Below are positions 23,126 through 34,830 of a stretch of DNA of 64,000 nt, piece after piece. Source of the stretch: Chloropicon primus. Its lineage: Eukaryota. The position numbers were made by a program, and so were the translations under genes. The stretch covers positions 62,001-126,000 of the forward strand of contig CP060767.1 in assembly GCA_023205875.1 (NCBI GenBank), given 5' to 3'. Numbering within the stretch: position 1 is the first letter of the stretch; every line of letters starts with the position of its first letter. The notes below the pieces were generated by a model, which ran no database searches, was not told the DNA's origin, and worked only from the letters and a program-made list of their open reading frames with translations.

Positions 23126-23527
23126 CTTCTAATTCGCGCTCTCCTGAGCTCTGACAGGCGATGGATGGTGGAAGGAGGGAGGAGGGAGGAAGAGGCAATG
23201 CAATGGTGAGGGGCTGGCACACTGGATGACTCGCGGACACCTCTGGCTTCTCTCTTTTTCCACCATCCGTTGTGTGTGTGTGTGTGTGTGTGTGTGTGAT
23301 TGTTTGTGTTCATCGAGGGGAATGCCAACCTGTAGGGATGACTCCAGTGGGGGAGACAGAGTGGGGGAGAGGACCTGGTAGGGTATTCGTCACTCGTGTG
23401 CCACCCTAAGGGATGAAATGCTCTGATCAATGACGAATGTGCTTTATTTTCGTTGCCCGAAGAGAGCGGACGAGGTTTTTATGAGTTTTCTCAATGTTAG
23501 AACGACGACGCGTTGTCGTTATCCCAA

Positions 23528-24086
23528 TCATTCCTCTTCCAGGTTGATGGTGTTGCCGAACTTGGAGTACAGAGTCGTCTTGAGACCATCCATGTTCTTT
23601 CTGATGTCCTGAAGCTCTCCTTCCAGCGCGGTGATGTCCTGGTCCACTTCCTCCTGCGCAGCAGTGAGCTTCTCCTCCGCCGTGTCCTCACTCATGTGCA
23701 CGAAGACAAACCCGTACGAATACTTGACAATATCCCCATCAGCAAGCATGAGCTCGTTCGAGGCATCCTCCAAGTCCTCGCTGTACTTTTTCTTCGCCTT
23801 TATTTTGCCCTGGATCTCATGGTAATGGTTGTTCAACCGTCCAAAGGCATTGATCTGGTCTTGGTCCTCCTTGGTGACCTGAGGAGCATTCGGCGCGGAA
23901 GGCTGCAACGCAAACACACGGAGCGTCAGAACATCACGACAGACGAAGCCACGAACGCCTCCACCCTCTCCCTCCTACGCGCATCAGCATCACGTATACG
24001 AACGAGGGAAGAAGAAGAAGAAGAAGAAGAAGAAGAAGACTCCTGGCAATCAAAAAAGGAGAGAGAGGAGAAGGGAGACTTACCAT
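23528..24086 (-). CDS. PFDN4: Prefoldin subunit 4, complement join(24084..24086,23528..23902)
   Basis: VTKEDQDQINAFGRLN, LEDASNELML, LYSKFGNTINLEE; ATG directly followed by a GTAAGT donor. Confidence 0.93.
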
Positions 24087-24450
24087 GATGATGGGATGGT
24101 TTGAAGCGCACGCGCGAGGGCGAGGGCAAGGGCGAGGGATGCGTTACGCGGAGCAGTCCAAGGGATTGTCGCGAAGGTCAAGCAAGCCTTGGGTCAAGCG
24201 CGGAGCCGGCGTCCTCCCTTTCCTCGAGCTGATGCCAAACGAAAACCAAAAAAATGGATTTTTTTGAAAAATGATCGCTGCTGGATCGGATGATGAAGAG
24301 GGAGGACAGATGATGACGATGAGGGTGATGGTGATGATATGATGGTGGAGGGGGGCAGGAGGAACGTCGTGTTATTGCAAGAGCAACGTACTGTGTTTGG
24401 TTTATTCGCACGTGCTGTGGAAAGACGCTAACTTTTTTCCTTTCCCTCGT

Positions 24451-25524
24451 TTAGCGCGCTTTTCCAACCTCCAACTCACTCAGATTGAGAAGGAGACTAT
24501 CCGTGTTCAGGAAGACTCTGTTGTTCGATCTGGAGATGACCTGACCAATGTGCCTGGCCGCCTCGATCTTCCTCAGCGTGATGAAAGAGGGGTTGTTGGC
24601 AATGGCCTTACCAATCAGCTTTGCGGACTCGGCTTCTCCCTGCGCCCTAATGATGGCACTCTTCTTCTCTTGCTCTGCCCTTTCTACCCAAAACTTGGCC
24701 CTCTCGGCTTCCTGCTGCGCAACCTGCTTTGACTCAACAGCTTGAGTGTAATCCTGAAAAGAGAGAGAGAGAGAGGAGCGCAAGGTTTTGGAGTCAGTTC
24801 GCCGTCGGACGCGATCTTACTGGATGGGGACGCACCTTGCCGAAAGTGAGCTCCTTTATCGAGACGTCGTCCACGTCGATGTTGAAGTAGCTGGCTCTGG
24901 TCGTGAGCCTCCTCCTGACCTCCGCAGAAACGGCTTCACGCATCGTCAACAGCTGCGACGCGTTGTACTGAGCGATGACGCTCTTCAGGGTCTCGGTGAT
25001 GATCGATGGAAGCACCCTGTTCTCGTAGTTCAACCCCAGGGTCCTGTAGACCTGAGGCAAAGCCGTGGGCTTTGGTCTGGACAGAACACGAAGCGTGATG
25101 TTCACCGTCTGAAGGTCGCGCGTACCCGTCGCCGAGGAGATCTGCTGAGGACGGAGCCTCACGTCGTAAATGATGGGCCTCTCGAACCAAGGCACCATGA
25201 GGTGAGTCCCTTCCGCGTAAACCTGTCAAACGGAACACAGAACAGCCCATGCCATGCCAAACGGAAAGAGTTTCAGAAAAAGGAGTCCGCATGGAAAGAG
25301 AGGGCGAGGAACACGGGACAGTCAACCGCGGCACTTACGTCGTTTTTGATCCCAACCACCCTGTTGAATACAATGGCCCTGTGTCCTCCCTCCACGTTAA
25401 ACAAGCAGTTACTGAGGGTGTAAATGCCCAAGCCTGCCGCACCGAGGAGCGCACCGAGGCCAGCGCCTGCCCTTCCGCTGCCTTTGGGCATCTTCAAGTT
25501 CTTGATCTTCTCCATGTTCTCCAT
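24451..25524 (-). CDS. PHB2: Prohibitin-2, complement join(25339..25524,24836..25222,24451..24753)
   Basis: FNVEGGHRAIVFNR, EGTHLMVPWFERPIIYDVR, RVLPSI, AVESKQVAQQEAERA, IIRAQGEA. Confidence 0.95.
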
Positions 25525-26153
25525 CCTTGCGCTCTCGTTCCTCTCGCCCCTCGCACGCTCTTCCTCGTCACAACAACCACGCGATCTCTCCCTCTGCTCC
25601 TGCTTCTCCATCCCGAACAAAATGGAATCAAGTCAGTTCATCCGAAACGCAATCCCTTCATGCGACCACTCATTCGAAAGCTGAGTGCGAGACGCGTCCA
25701 TTGGTGTGTCGCATCCCCTGCGCTTTTGCTCTCGCCGACCGTGAGGCGTCCTCGAACACTCACCTCTCTCTCTCTTGCGCTCGCTGCCACGATTTTTTGT
25801 CTTTCTGACGGCTGGAGGAATTCTCGATGATCAGCAGATCAGCAGAGATGCTGCGGAGGGATGGGAGGGGCGAGGAGGAGGATCCAATCCATGGTGGATT
25901 GCATGCAATGTGGGGATCAAGCAAGTACCAAGTCCGTGGACGTCCTGCACGATCCAATTGCAATTGCACTCAAGGGCAGAGGGGGAGAGACAGGAGGCGG
26001 AGACGGGGGAATCATTCCTTTTCCAAAGGTCTTCTTCTTTGGGCACCGCGGCGTCGTCGCCGGGTCCTGCCCGGGCAAGAATGGCCATCACCGTGATTGA
26101 TGGATGGTCGTGTTACAAAGAATCTCTCAGGCGTCAAGGCCCGCGCGTTTATT

Positions 26154-28499
26154 TCACCTTTTCTTCTTCCTGTAGACAATCCCGTCGAAGGTTAGCTTGT
26201 TGTCGTTCACGAGTTTGGCGAGGAAGGCCTCGAGCTCTTGGATCGTCTTGTCGTAAACGGGTTCAAGGACAAACATCTTGAGCATGTTGTGGATCTTCTC
26301 CAACGGGAGGGACTCCAGGTTCGTCACCATTCCCATGACATAGGACTCGTAGACTTTCATGTTCATCTCCATCTGCTGCTCCTGGCTCATCACGCTCAGG
26401 TCGGGCTTCGTGTGGGCGTGAGGCTTCTCGACCTGGTCCTCGACGTCCTCAACCAGCTTATACGTCACCTTCTTGGTGCCCTTGTCTACCGACTTCTTCA
26501 GTATGCCGCTATTGACCCAGATGCTTGCCTTCTCCGCCAGGGACTCGTGGGCCATTCCCGCGGCCGCGGCAAGCTCCTCGGACTCCCAAGCCACCCTGGA
26601 CTCGAATTGAGAGATGATAAGTGCCTGGGCAACGGACACCGTGAACTCTTTGGCTTCCCCCCCGAAATCGAGCTCCAAGTCCACCACCCCGAGGTGGGGC
26701 TTCCAGTGCAAGGTCCTCGGCGCCTTGAGTGCCTTGTACTGGGAGCCAAAGGTGTCCAGCATCCACTGCACCTCCTTGGGCGTGCTCACCTCGCCCTCGA
26801 AGAGAGGGGGCCAGAAGAGCTCCGACAAGATCACTGTGCTGAAGTCCTGGGTGATTGCGGAGTGCCCCTGGCTCTGCTGCACCAGAGCCCTGATGTTTGA
26901 GGTGATCCTCTTCGAGTCTGCCATGTCCTTGAGCATGATCTCACAATCCCTCAGGCTGTTGGCGCCAAACCTCAGCTTCAGGAGCTCCAAAATCCTCGTC
27001 TCGTCGTCAATGTCGTCGTCCACCTTGGACAGAAGCCTCTCCGCGAGTATCATTTTGTACTCCTTGATGAAGTACTCCTTGTTCCCGAGAACGTCGATCA
27101 AGGCGGCGACGATGTCCTTTGAAGCCGTCTTAAAGGTGTTCCTCACGCTGGCGGAGTTGAAAAGCTGGGCAGCCTGGATCGGCACGGGCTCCCACTGCAG
27201 CTCCTTCAGGACAAGGTCGACGTCCTCGAGGTCCTCGGTGCTTTGTGCGCCGCCCTCGTGGAACCTTCCCTCCGCCCCCTCGTCCTCCTCCTCGCCCCCG
27301 TTCACCAAGAGCAAATTCTCGTCGTACACCACCATGTTCACCGTGCACCTCGTCGTGTCCTTCCTCTTCTTCAGGTAGTCCTTCACCAGCGGGCAGATGA
27401 TCTCGGACAGAATCCCGGAGGGGTCCAAAATGTTCAAGGCCTTGATGGAGGAGATGTACTGCGCGAGAATCACCGGCGTTCCGGCTCCCAGGTGCAAAAG
27501 CCTCTTCTTCAACTGGGAGCTGAACTTCTGGATGAACAGGTCGGTGAAGTTGGTGTGCTCCAAGCAGACCTTGAGGTCCTTCAGGGCCTGCATGCTCTCC
27601 GGGAAGTCCACGACGATGTCAAACATCTCCTCCGTCCTCATCCTGCCCAGGATCTCGTAGATGAAAAAATCCAGCCTGGACTTCCACTGCCCCACCACGT
27701 CGTTCTTGCTCTCCTCGCTCCCAAAGCCGTGGCTCGTCGACTCGAGAAGGAGCTCGAGGAACCCCATGATAACCCCTTGGTTATACTTCTGCGCGGCCAG
27801 CAGGCACGCCTCGGTGTACTCCCCGGCGGCCCTCTCCTCCAGCCAGTTCTCCAGGTGGCCGAACACGATGTCCGTGTAAATGTTCTCGCTCTGGTGGCTC
27901 AGGCCGAGCTTGTTCAGGGTCTGTCCCACGAAGGAGAGCCTGTCGCACCACTCCCCCCCCATCAGCGCCTCTATCCTCCCCTTCTGGTCGCCCCCCTGCT
28001 CCGAGGGGCCCTCCACCTCCATCGAGGAGGTCTCCTCGGACGTGTCGATGTACTCCCGGAACGCCTGGCGGTAGAACTGGGCGACGCAGTCCGACAGCGA
28101 CGCCGGGGCCGAGACCACCACGACGGAGTACACTATGCTCCTCGCCTCCCTCTCGATCTTGTCGAGCCAGAACTGGAGCTCCGCCGCGTTGCTCGCCGAC
28201 GGCTTCCCGCACGCCGGGGACAGCCCCGCGCTCGCGGACGCCCTCAGCTGCTCCGTGTGGCCCGACCTCACCTCCTCGACCCTCTCCAGGGTCTCCACCA
28301 GGACCTGACTCCTCTTCTTCTCGTCCGCCGTGTCCGAGCTCCCCAAGCCTCTCCACGCCCCGTCGTCCACCATGCGAGCCTTGAAGCCCCTCTCGAAGTC
28401 CACCAGGACTCTCTCCCCCACCTCGAGCCCCTTGGCCGCCTCCATCGACGGCTCGATCGACGACGACGGGTCCACGTCCATCACTACCTTGCCCACCAT
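26154..28499 (-). CDS. APC2: Anaphase-promoting complex subunit 2 (cullin-like)
   Basis: MFDIVVDFPES, RLLHLGAGT, LELLKLRFG...CEIMLKDMADSKRI, LKAPRTLHW, GMVTNLESLPLEKIHNMLKMF. Confidence 0.96.
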   Translation of the reverse strand: MVGKVVMDVDPSSSIEPSMEAAKGLEVGERVLVDFERGFKARMVDDGAWRGLGSSDTADEKKRSQVLVETLERVEEVRSGHTEQLRASASAGLSPACGKPSASNAAELQFWLDKIEREARSIVYSVVVVSAPASLSDCVAQFYRQAFREYIDTSEETSSMEVEGPSEQGGDQKGRIEALMGGEWCDRLSFVGQTLNKLGLSHQSENIYTDIVFGHLENWLEERAAGEYTEACLLAAQKYNQGVIMGFLELLLESTSHGFGSEESKNDVVGQWKSRLDFFIYEILGRMRTEEMFDIVVDFPESMQALKDLKVCLEHTNFTDLFIQKFSSQLKKRLLHLGAGTPVILAQYISSIKALNILDPSGILSEIICPLVKDYLKKRKDTTRCTVNMVVYDENLLLVNGGEEEDEGAEGRFHEGGAQSTEDLEDVDLVLKELQWEPVPIQAAQLFNSASVRNTFKTASKDIVAALIDVLGNKEYFIKEYKMILAERLLSKVDDDIDDETRILELLKLRFGANSLRDCEIMLKDMADSKRITSNIRALVQQSQGHSAITQDFSTVILSELFWPPLFEGEVSTPKEVQWMLDTFGSQYKALKAPRTLHWKPHLGVVDLELDFGGEAKEFTVSVAQALIISQFESRVAWESEELAAAAGMAHESLAEKASIWVNSGILKKSVDKGTKKVTYKLVEDVEDQVEKPHAHTKPDLSVMSQEQQMEMNMKVYESYVMGMVTNLESLPLEKIHNMLKMFVLEPVYDKTIQELEAFLAKLVNDNKLTFDGIVYRKKKR

Positions 28500-28661
28500 G
28501 AGACTTGCCCCGTCGCTGCTGCTTCTGGCGACCGGATGAAGTCAAGCTATCGACAGGACGACGTCGATGATGATCAAGTCGGTATGTTGTCGTTGATGAG
28601 AACAAGCGAAACGAAAGGCAACAAAGCGATTCGAATTCGATTGACAGCGGAAAAAAGATGG

Positions 28662-28877
28662 GACGAGACGAAAGATCTCGAGACGCACTTTCGTTCCGAC
28701 CAATCGAACCGCGATCCACGTACCGACCAATCCGACTTCCGTCTTCCAAGTGCTTCGCTCCTCGCCCTTGCCACTCGCGGCACGAGCAAGCAATCAAACC
28801 GGGTCTCACGCCTCCAAATCCGGCGCAAAATTCTCAACAGAGGACGAGACGAAAGATCTCGAGACGCACTTTCGTTC
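28662..28877. repeat. Direct repeat of ~36 bp (GACGAGACGAAAGATCTCGAGACGCACTTTCGTTC), two copies ~180 bp apart
   Basis: Identical copies at ~28662 and ~28843 in the APC2-PsaH divergent intergenic region. Confidence 0.88.
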
Positions 28878-29005
28878 AAATTGAACGTTTTGTTTATCAA
28901 ACCACCGCAAGGGTTCCAAAACTCGCCGCAAAGACCCTCCCCTCCGCTGGGGACGCCGCTCTGGTTCTCTTCTGTCTCTCTTCGTTCAAAAAACCTGTGC
29001 GAAGT

Positions 29006-29070
29006 ATACTCCAACATCTACTCCAACATATGACACTATACTCCAACATCTACTACGGAATGTGACACTA
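29006..29070. repeat. Short imperfect tandem repeats (TACTCCAACATC / TGACACTA)
   Basis: TACTCCAACAT occurs three times and TGACACTA twice. Confidence 0.75.
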
Positions 29071-29463
29071 AATCAAACATTCTTCATGGGACGTTACATG
29101 AAATGTTACCCTTCAATTCCCTAAAGTGCAGTACACCGGTCTTGATATTGATTCCAAGTTTCGGAAAAATCTCTAATGTGTTACGTGTTGTAGAGAATGG
29201 ACCTGATTGGTGAGATCCAGATCTTATCTTCGGTCTCAGAGCACTGGAACGAGGAGACGGAACGGAGAGGTAAGTTTGCGGCCCAAGGGGAGGTGGAGGA
29301 GGAGGGGACCGGGACGGGCGAGCGCACCAGGTCACTCGTCTTCTCTTCCTCTCTCGGTAGACCCCTCGCGCGTCCATTTTGCCGCAATGCTTCGTTCTCA
29401 GGAGTTTGAGAACTGACTGGGCCAGGTCCTCGTTTGGGTTTGACTCGGCAATAGGGAGACGAC

Positions 29464-30087
29464 ATGGCAGGAGCGAGAGGAGTGATGACGACGAAGACGA
29501 GCTTCTTGGGAGCCAAGGTTGTGGCGAGGGCGCCGGCATGCGCGAGAAGGGCCCACGCGGGATCCTACAGGAGGCACGCCACGCAAGCCAAGTACGGTGA
29601 TGACGGAAAGTACTTTGATCTCAACGTAAGTCAGTCTGAACAGAGAGAGAGAGGGGGGGGGTGACGCGAAGAGATTGACGCTCGCACGAAGATAGGACTC
29701 CTCTGCGCTTCCAAACCAGACGCCTTTTTTGCTGACGTGACGGATGCCTATGTTGTTCATTTTTGATGGTGATGCTGGTGATGCTGGTGATGCTGGTTGC
29801 TGTTGTTGTTGTTGTTGTTGTAGGACATCGAGAACACTTCGGGTGCTTGGGACATGTACGGCCTGGAGGAGGGTGTGAAGTACCCCGTGTCTCAGGAGGA
29901 GTTCTTCAAGCGGGCCAGCTTTGGGCTCGCACGCAGGGAGGCCCTCCTGGGCTTCATCACCCTCGGAGGCGGAGGCGCCATCTTGACTTGGGGCGCTCTG
30001 GGTTCCAAGCAGGCGGGTCTTCCCATCACCAAGGGCCCCGCGCCACCACCGCCACCACCAGCGGAGGAGGAGGGCGCAAGCAAGTAA
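29464..30087 (+). CDS. PSAH: Photosystem I subunit H (VI), join(29464..29625,29824..30087)
   Basis: Transit peptide, then AKYGDDGKYFDLN|DIENTSGAWDMYG...Y...QEEFF, TM segment, LPITKGP. Confidence 0.95.
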
Positions 30088-30175
30088 GCGCTAGGACGTG
30101 GTTGTAATTCATATGAGAATTCTCAGGGTGATGGTGCCGAGAGAGGCGTGAGTGTTTGAACTACAGAATACTTGG

Positions 30176-31213
30176 TTACGTCAGGGCTGACCCCCTCGCG
30201 GAAGTGCTCCGGCACAAGAACGTCTCCTTGGTCTCCTCCTTTCTGCTCGAAGTGAATATCGAGGCGTAGACCTCCTTGTTCGCCCCCTCCGGCATCACGT
30301 CCGTGGCGGTGAACTCCTTCTTTCCCTCCTTCCTCTTCTTGCCGTCCTGCTTGTCCTTCCCGTCCCCCTGCCTCGCCCTCTTCTTCTTCTTCTTCTTCTT
30401 CTTAGCCTGCTGGTCCTTTTCCCACTTGTCTCGCAGAGCGCGCACCTCGTCCTCCGTCCCGTTCAGAGGAAGCAGGTTGCCCTCCACCGTTCCACCGCTC
30501 AGCTCCTCCACGCACTCCTTGGCCTCCCTCACAGCCCTTTGGCTCACCACGAGGCCCGAGGGCCTCACGCAGTAGAACCTGAACCGGCCGTTCATCTCAA
30601 GCCCCGTGACCGGGCACTGGAACTGAAAGTCGCGCGAGCCGCCAGCAGGGGACTCCTCGTTCCTCTCCAGCTTCAGGTCGGTGACGCTTTGCAAGTTCTT
30701 GATGTGGCTGCAACCCGAAGGCATGCTCTTGCTCAGCAAGCGGCTGACGACCGCTTCCTTGTTGTAGAGATTCCCGAGGCAGTCCGCCACGCACGGCGGG
30801 CTCAGCTCCTCTCCCGAGAGCTGACACCTCGTCCACTTTGCCTTCTTCACTTCCCTCGGGTCGACCTTGTCAGGCTTCTGTTCCAGGAACATCTCCAACC
30901 AGGCCTTCCTGTCCTCCGCACCCGTCGACCCTCCATCCGCCCCTCCGCCTCTCAGGCCGCACACCCTCACTCTCACCACCTCCCCATGACCCAAACCCTC
31001 CAAACTCTGCAACCTCCTTCCCTTGTGAACCACTTGCACCTTCCCATGGCTGCTGCTGGGGAATTGCGATTGCGAGAGGGAGGAAAACCCAAGCTCCCGG
31101 AGGTGGACGGAGGAAGGGAAGATGCATGAGGACGGGTCCCTCTCGTCGAGGTCCACGGATGCCGTCCTCACGCCCCCTTCCAACCCTTCCAACTCAAACA
31201 CCACGCTCCTCAT
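30176..31213 (-). CDS. RTF2: RTF2 (replication termination factor 2) with N-terminal ubiquitin-like domain
   Basis: LRGGGADGGS, WTRCQLSGEEL, LGNLYNKEAV, HIKNL, FQCPVTGLEMNGRFRF, VYASIFTSS. Confidence 0.9.
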   Translation of the reverse strand: MRSVVFELEGLEGGVRTASVDLDERDPSSCIFPSSVHLRELGFSSLSQSQFPSSSHGKVQVVHKGRRLQSLEGLGHGEVVRVRVCGLRGGGADGGSTGAEDRKAWLEMFLEQKPDKVDPREVKKAKWTRCQLSGEELSPPCVADCLGNLYNKEAVVSRLLSKSMPSGCSHIKNLQSVTDLKLERNEESPAGGSRDFQFQCPVTGLEMNGRFRFYCVRPSGLVVSQRAVREAKECVEELSGGTVEGNLLPLNGTEDEVRALRDKWEKDQQAKKKKKKKKRARQGDGKDKQDGKKRKEGKKEFTATDVMPEGANKEVYASIFTSSRKEETKETFLCRSTSARGSALT

Positions 31214-32374
31214 CCAATACTAGAGATACGCTAAAGGAGATGGATTTTCCGCTTCTGCAGGACTGAACTCACTCGCCGGGGAGGGAGGGAGGGAGGGAGG
31301 GAGGGAGAGGAGGAGAGCTCTAGTTTGATTCCTTTTCATCTCTTTTCTTTCTGCCTCCCTCTCCCTCTTGACAAAGATTGACAATGCATGGAAGAGGGAT
31401 AGATAGAGCCCCTTCAAAAGGAGGAACAGGAGGAACAGGAGGAACAGGTCTTTCTCTTTCTCTTTCTCTCCATCCCAAGCAGAAGACCAAGCAAGGCGTC
31501 GTTTCGTCTCCCTTGGGTCTCTTTCTTGGGTAGAATTATCGTCTTGGGTAGAACCACAGTGCTGTGGTGGTGTCCAATGGTTTTCCTCCTCCTTGTGTCA
31601 CGTGTGTGCTGCAGACGAGGGGACGTTCGTTCGTGGAGGAGAAGCTTCCTTGGCCCTTGAGACGGGACGAGGAGGGGTCGGCCATCGAGCCAAACCAGCA
31701 GGCACCATCACCATCACCATCACCATCATTCCTTCCTCCTGGGTTCACAACTTGCTGGTCCTGTGCGGGATGACCGCAAAGCGTGGGGAGGAGGAGGTGC
31801 ACGGGAGTGTCGAGAGCATAAGCGAAAGGCGGTCCTCTGTGATGATGCAGAAGGCGATTGTGCACTTTTATTCCGTGGAGAATGTGATCTGGCTCCAGCC
31901 AGGGGCTTGTGCCGGAGACTTCCACCCTCTGCCTCGGCCAGGAAAGACCAAGGTGTCACCACCGAGTTTGCTGTGTCGCTTGAGCCGCTTCCTGTGCACG
32001 TCAGGAAGTTGAAAGGCAAGGCAGGAACGCGTCGCGAGGAAGTGGAAGAGACGCGTCTGTCGGAAGCATAGGCGCAGAGCGAGTGCCCCTTGCCTTCCTC
32101 GTGCTGTTCCCGTGCTTGCTTCAGGAACAACGAGTTTGCTTCAGTAAAGCTGAGTTGGATTGTAATACAAAACCAAGATTGTTGGGGAAGAAAGTGAACA
32201 GCTTGGGGCGGACAAGGTTGCGAGGCATCACGCAAAGAGCACGAGGAGTTCGTTTTACGGCAGCGCAGCCTCGCCAGCGCAAGGAGGGGAGGGAGGCTCT
32301 CATTCGACCGAGGCACCAGACATCCTCCTTATTCTTCGTGTCGTGGTCCACAAAGGAGGCACAAGGTTGGTTGG

Positions 32375-33782
32375 ATGGACCACGGCCAGACAACCAACAC
32401 CGAGAGGGGGGGTCCCCTAGGCAGAAGATCCTCGCTTCCCGCCAGGAGGAAGTCGATCAGTCCACGAACGACGGATGCCTCCAGCGCTTGGAAGTACGCG
32501 GCCGGCTCCGTGGCCACGTTGAGCGATGGACAGGTGGTGTACAGGAGAGACTCGAGGAGGGGAAGCATTGGCAGCGCCATCATTGACGCCATGGTGGTCC
32601 CGGATGGAAATCGCAGCAGCGCTCGGTCGACCCCATCGAGCGACGAGGGTGATGCCCGCACGGCGCCGGGCGGCGGGCCGCCGGCCTCCGGTTGGGCCCG
32701 ACTGAGGAGCAGCAGCGTTTGCATCCAGTCCCTCGGCAGTGGGCCTCAGGCTTCAAAGGGGGACAGGAGGACGGTGCAAAAGGAAGTGGACAAGATGATC
32801 GAGACGAACACGAAGATTATCAAAGCCCTTGAGGAGGACGCCATCATGAGAACGCTGCGGAACGAGCGGTCCAACGCGATTCAGAACGCGTACCGGCGGG
32901 GGAGCGTCCACGCCCAGGGGGGTGAAGCCACCCAGCAGCAGGAGGCCCAGCTCGGAAGGAGATCGAGCTTCAGCGTGACCCCCGAGGGGCCTCAGCAGCA
33001 CCAGCAGGGCAGGAGGGGCTCCCTCGCCAATCGCGAGTTCATGGAGCTCATCAAGGACAAGGAGTGCCGAATCCACGAGCAGCACACGAGCAACATCAGC
33101 CCGCTCAGGCCGGGCCAAACTCAGCCTGCCGCGATGCCCATGTGGCGAGGCTACTCGGTCCTGGAGAAGGAGGACCACACGATCAGGGGCGGCACCATCA
33201 CCGCCAACCAAGACTTGAGGGGTTCCTCCCGGGGCTCGTCCCCGAACACTGCCGGAGGTAAGTTGACCCCAGCATCATCACCACCATCCTCACGACTCTC
33301 GTTCCCTTGGCACGCAACCTTCTGACACCGCCCCCGGAGCTCTCCCCCTTCCCGTCTTGGTCCCCGGCATCGTCGCGCAAGGCTACGGTTCCAAGACGAT
33401 CAAGCAAGAGATCACCTTGGCGCCCACGCACTTGGGCATCCGCTTCGGCCGAAGGAAGTCCTCCGTCTCGGAGCAGCTTGCGCAGGGCATGGAGGAGGTC
33501 GGTAGGGCTCGAGGCGAGCTGTCGAAGCGCAGCAAGGAGATCAAGCAGAACAGGAGGGAGAGCTTCACCAAGCTTTTGACGAAACCCAAAGCCCCGGGGT
33601 GGCTTGCAGCTGAGAGGCAGATGTACACGCGACGAAGGAGCCAGGAGAAGGCGGCCGAGCAGCAGCAAGTGGAGAGGAGCCCGGAGAAGATGGCCGAGCA
33701 GGCAAAGTTAAAGACGAGGCTCAGGTTTCCTGATATTAAAAAGCTCTTATACAGCAGGGTGCCTTGGTACCTTCAGTTGTAG
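32375..33782 (+). CDS. Hypothetical disordered protein rich in RRxS motifs, join(~32375..33257,33382..33782); possible upstream exons from ~31770
   Basis: Two long ORFs with coding-like GC3 joined in frame by a phase-1 GTAAGT..AAG intron; no family recognised. Confidence 0.55.
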
Positions 33783-33850
33783 TCGCTCTTAGGACTTATC
33801 GTATTATGCACAAGGTTTTTTTCGAGTTGTTTGGGTACTCCCGTCCGACG

Positions 33851-34291
33851 TCAGGCCAAGAGGGCTTTGAACTCCTCGTAATCGACCTGACCGGAGCCGT
33901 CCTTGTCGATCTCCTGAATGAGCTTCTCTATGTCTATCGTAAGCCCAAAGTCCTTGACGACGTCGCAGAGCTTCTGGACGGAGATGGACCCGGTCTGGTC
34001 CTTGCAGCCCCCGAGAGCCACGAAGGCAGCGACCGTCTCCGAGTCGTCGGCCTTGGCCGCAAGCTTCTCCTTCTGGTTCTGGATGCACCTCAGGAACTCG
34101 GCGAACTCGATCTCTCCAGAGTTGTCGTCGTCCACCTCGCTTATCATCAGGAATATCTCCTCCGCGGTTGGGTTCTGTCCCAGAGCCTCCAGGGTTGCCT
34201 TGAGCTCATTCGCGTCAATGGTTCCGCTCCCGTCCTTGTCAAACGTGTTGAACGCCTGCCTGCACGACTCTATCTCCTCCACAGAAAGCAT
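33851..34291 (-). CDS. Calmodulin-like EF-hand protein resembling outer-arm dynein light chain LC4 (18 kDa)
   Basis: DKDGSGTID, LGQNP..EE, DDDNSGEIEF, AFVALGG..D.TG.I, F.LT..I..L; the AFVALGG segment is typical of the Chlamydomonas LC4 family rather than calmodulin. Confidence 0.8.
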   Translation of the reverse strand: MLSVEEIESCRQAFNTFDKDGSGTIDANELKATLEALGQNPTAEEIFLMISEVDDDNSGEIEFAEFLRCIQNQKEKLAAKADDSETVAAFVALGGCKDQTGSISVQKLCDVVKDFGLTIDIEKLIQEIDKDGSGQVDYEEFKALLA

Positions 34292-34383
34292 CTTGGCCAA
34301 CTTGAACAACAACAGCAACAACAGCAGCAGCAGCTCAACAAACCTTGGAGAATCTTTGGAGAATCTTTGGATCCTCTCTACAA

Positions 34384-34414
<31 letters not shown>

Positions 34415-34830
34415 ATTCGAGTGGACTCGAGCACACGAGTTGAAGAAACCGCGGAGGATGTGTCCGCTTGTCCTCGGTGTTCCCTTTCTCCTCGCCGAGC
34501 TGCTCCGCCGAGTTTAATCCTCCGAGTTTGCGTTCTAGTCAAACTTTTTTTCTTTCTTTCTTTTTTTTTCTCAAAAGGGGGAGGGAGGAAGGAGGGGGGG
34601 GGAGGACAAGAGTCGGGTTTCCTTTGATGGATGCCCAAGATCGAGGGGGGTCAGGGCCGCGGAGGAGACTTAGGAACACCTGCATGCACAAAGAAGCTCG
34701 TGGATGATGACCGAGGATGATCGATCCTGGTTACAAAATTACAAAACAAAAAAAACAGACTTGTTTTACACACATTGGTGGTGGGTTGATACATACATAC
34801 ATACATGCTATTGGTACACACAATGGGTGG

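Noticed and set aside
23300..23445. Hairpin (ATTCGTCA.T/A.TGACGAAT) downstream of PFDN4 as a possible H/ACA snoRNA or SECIS
   Set aside because: No convincing H box, second hairpin or guide, and the adjacent gene has no in-frame UGA.
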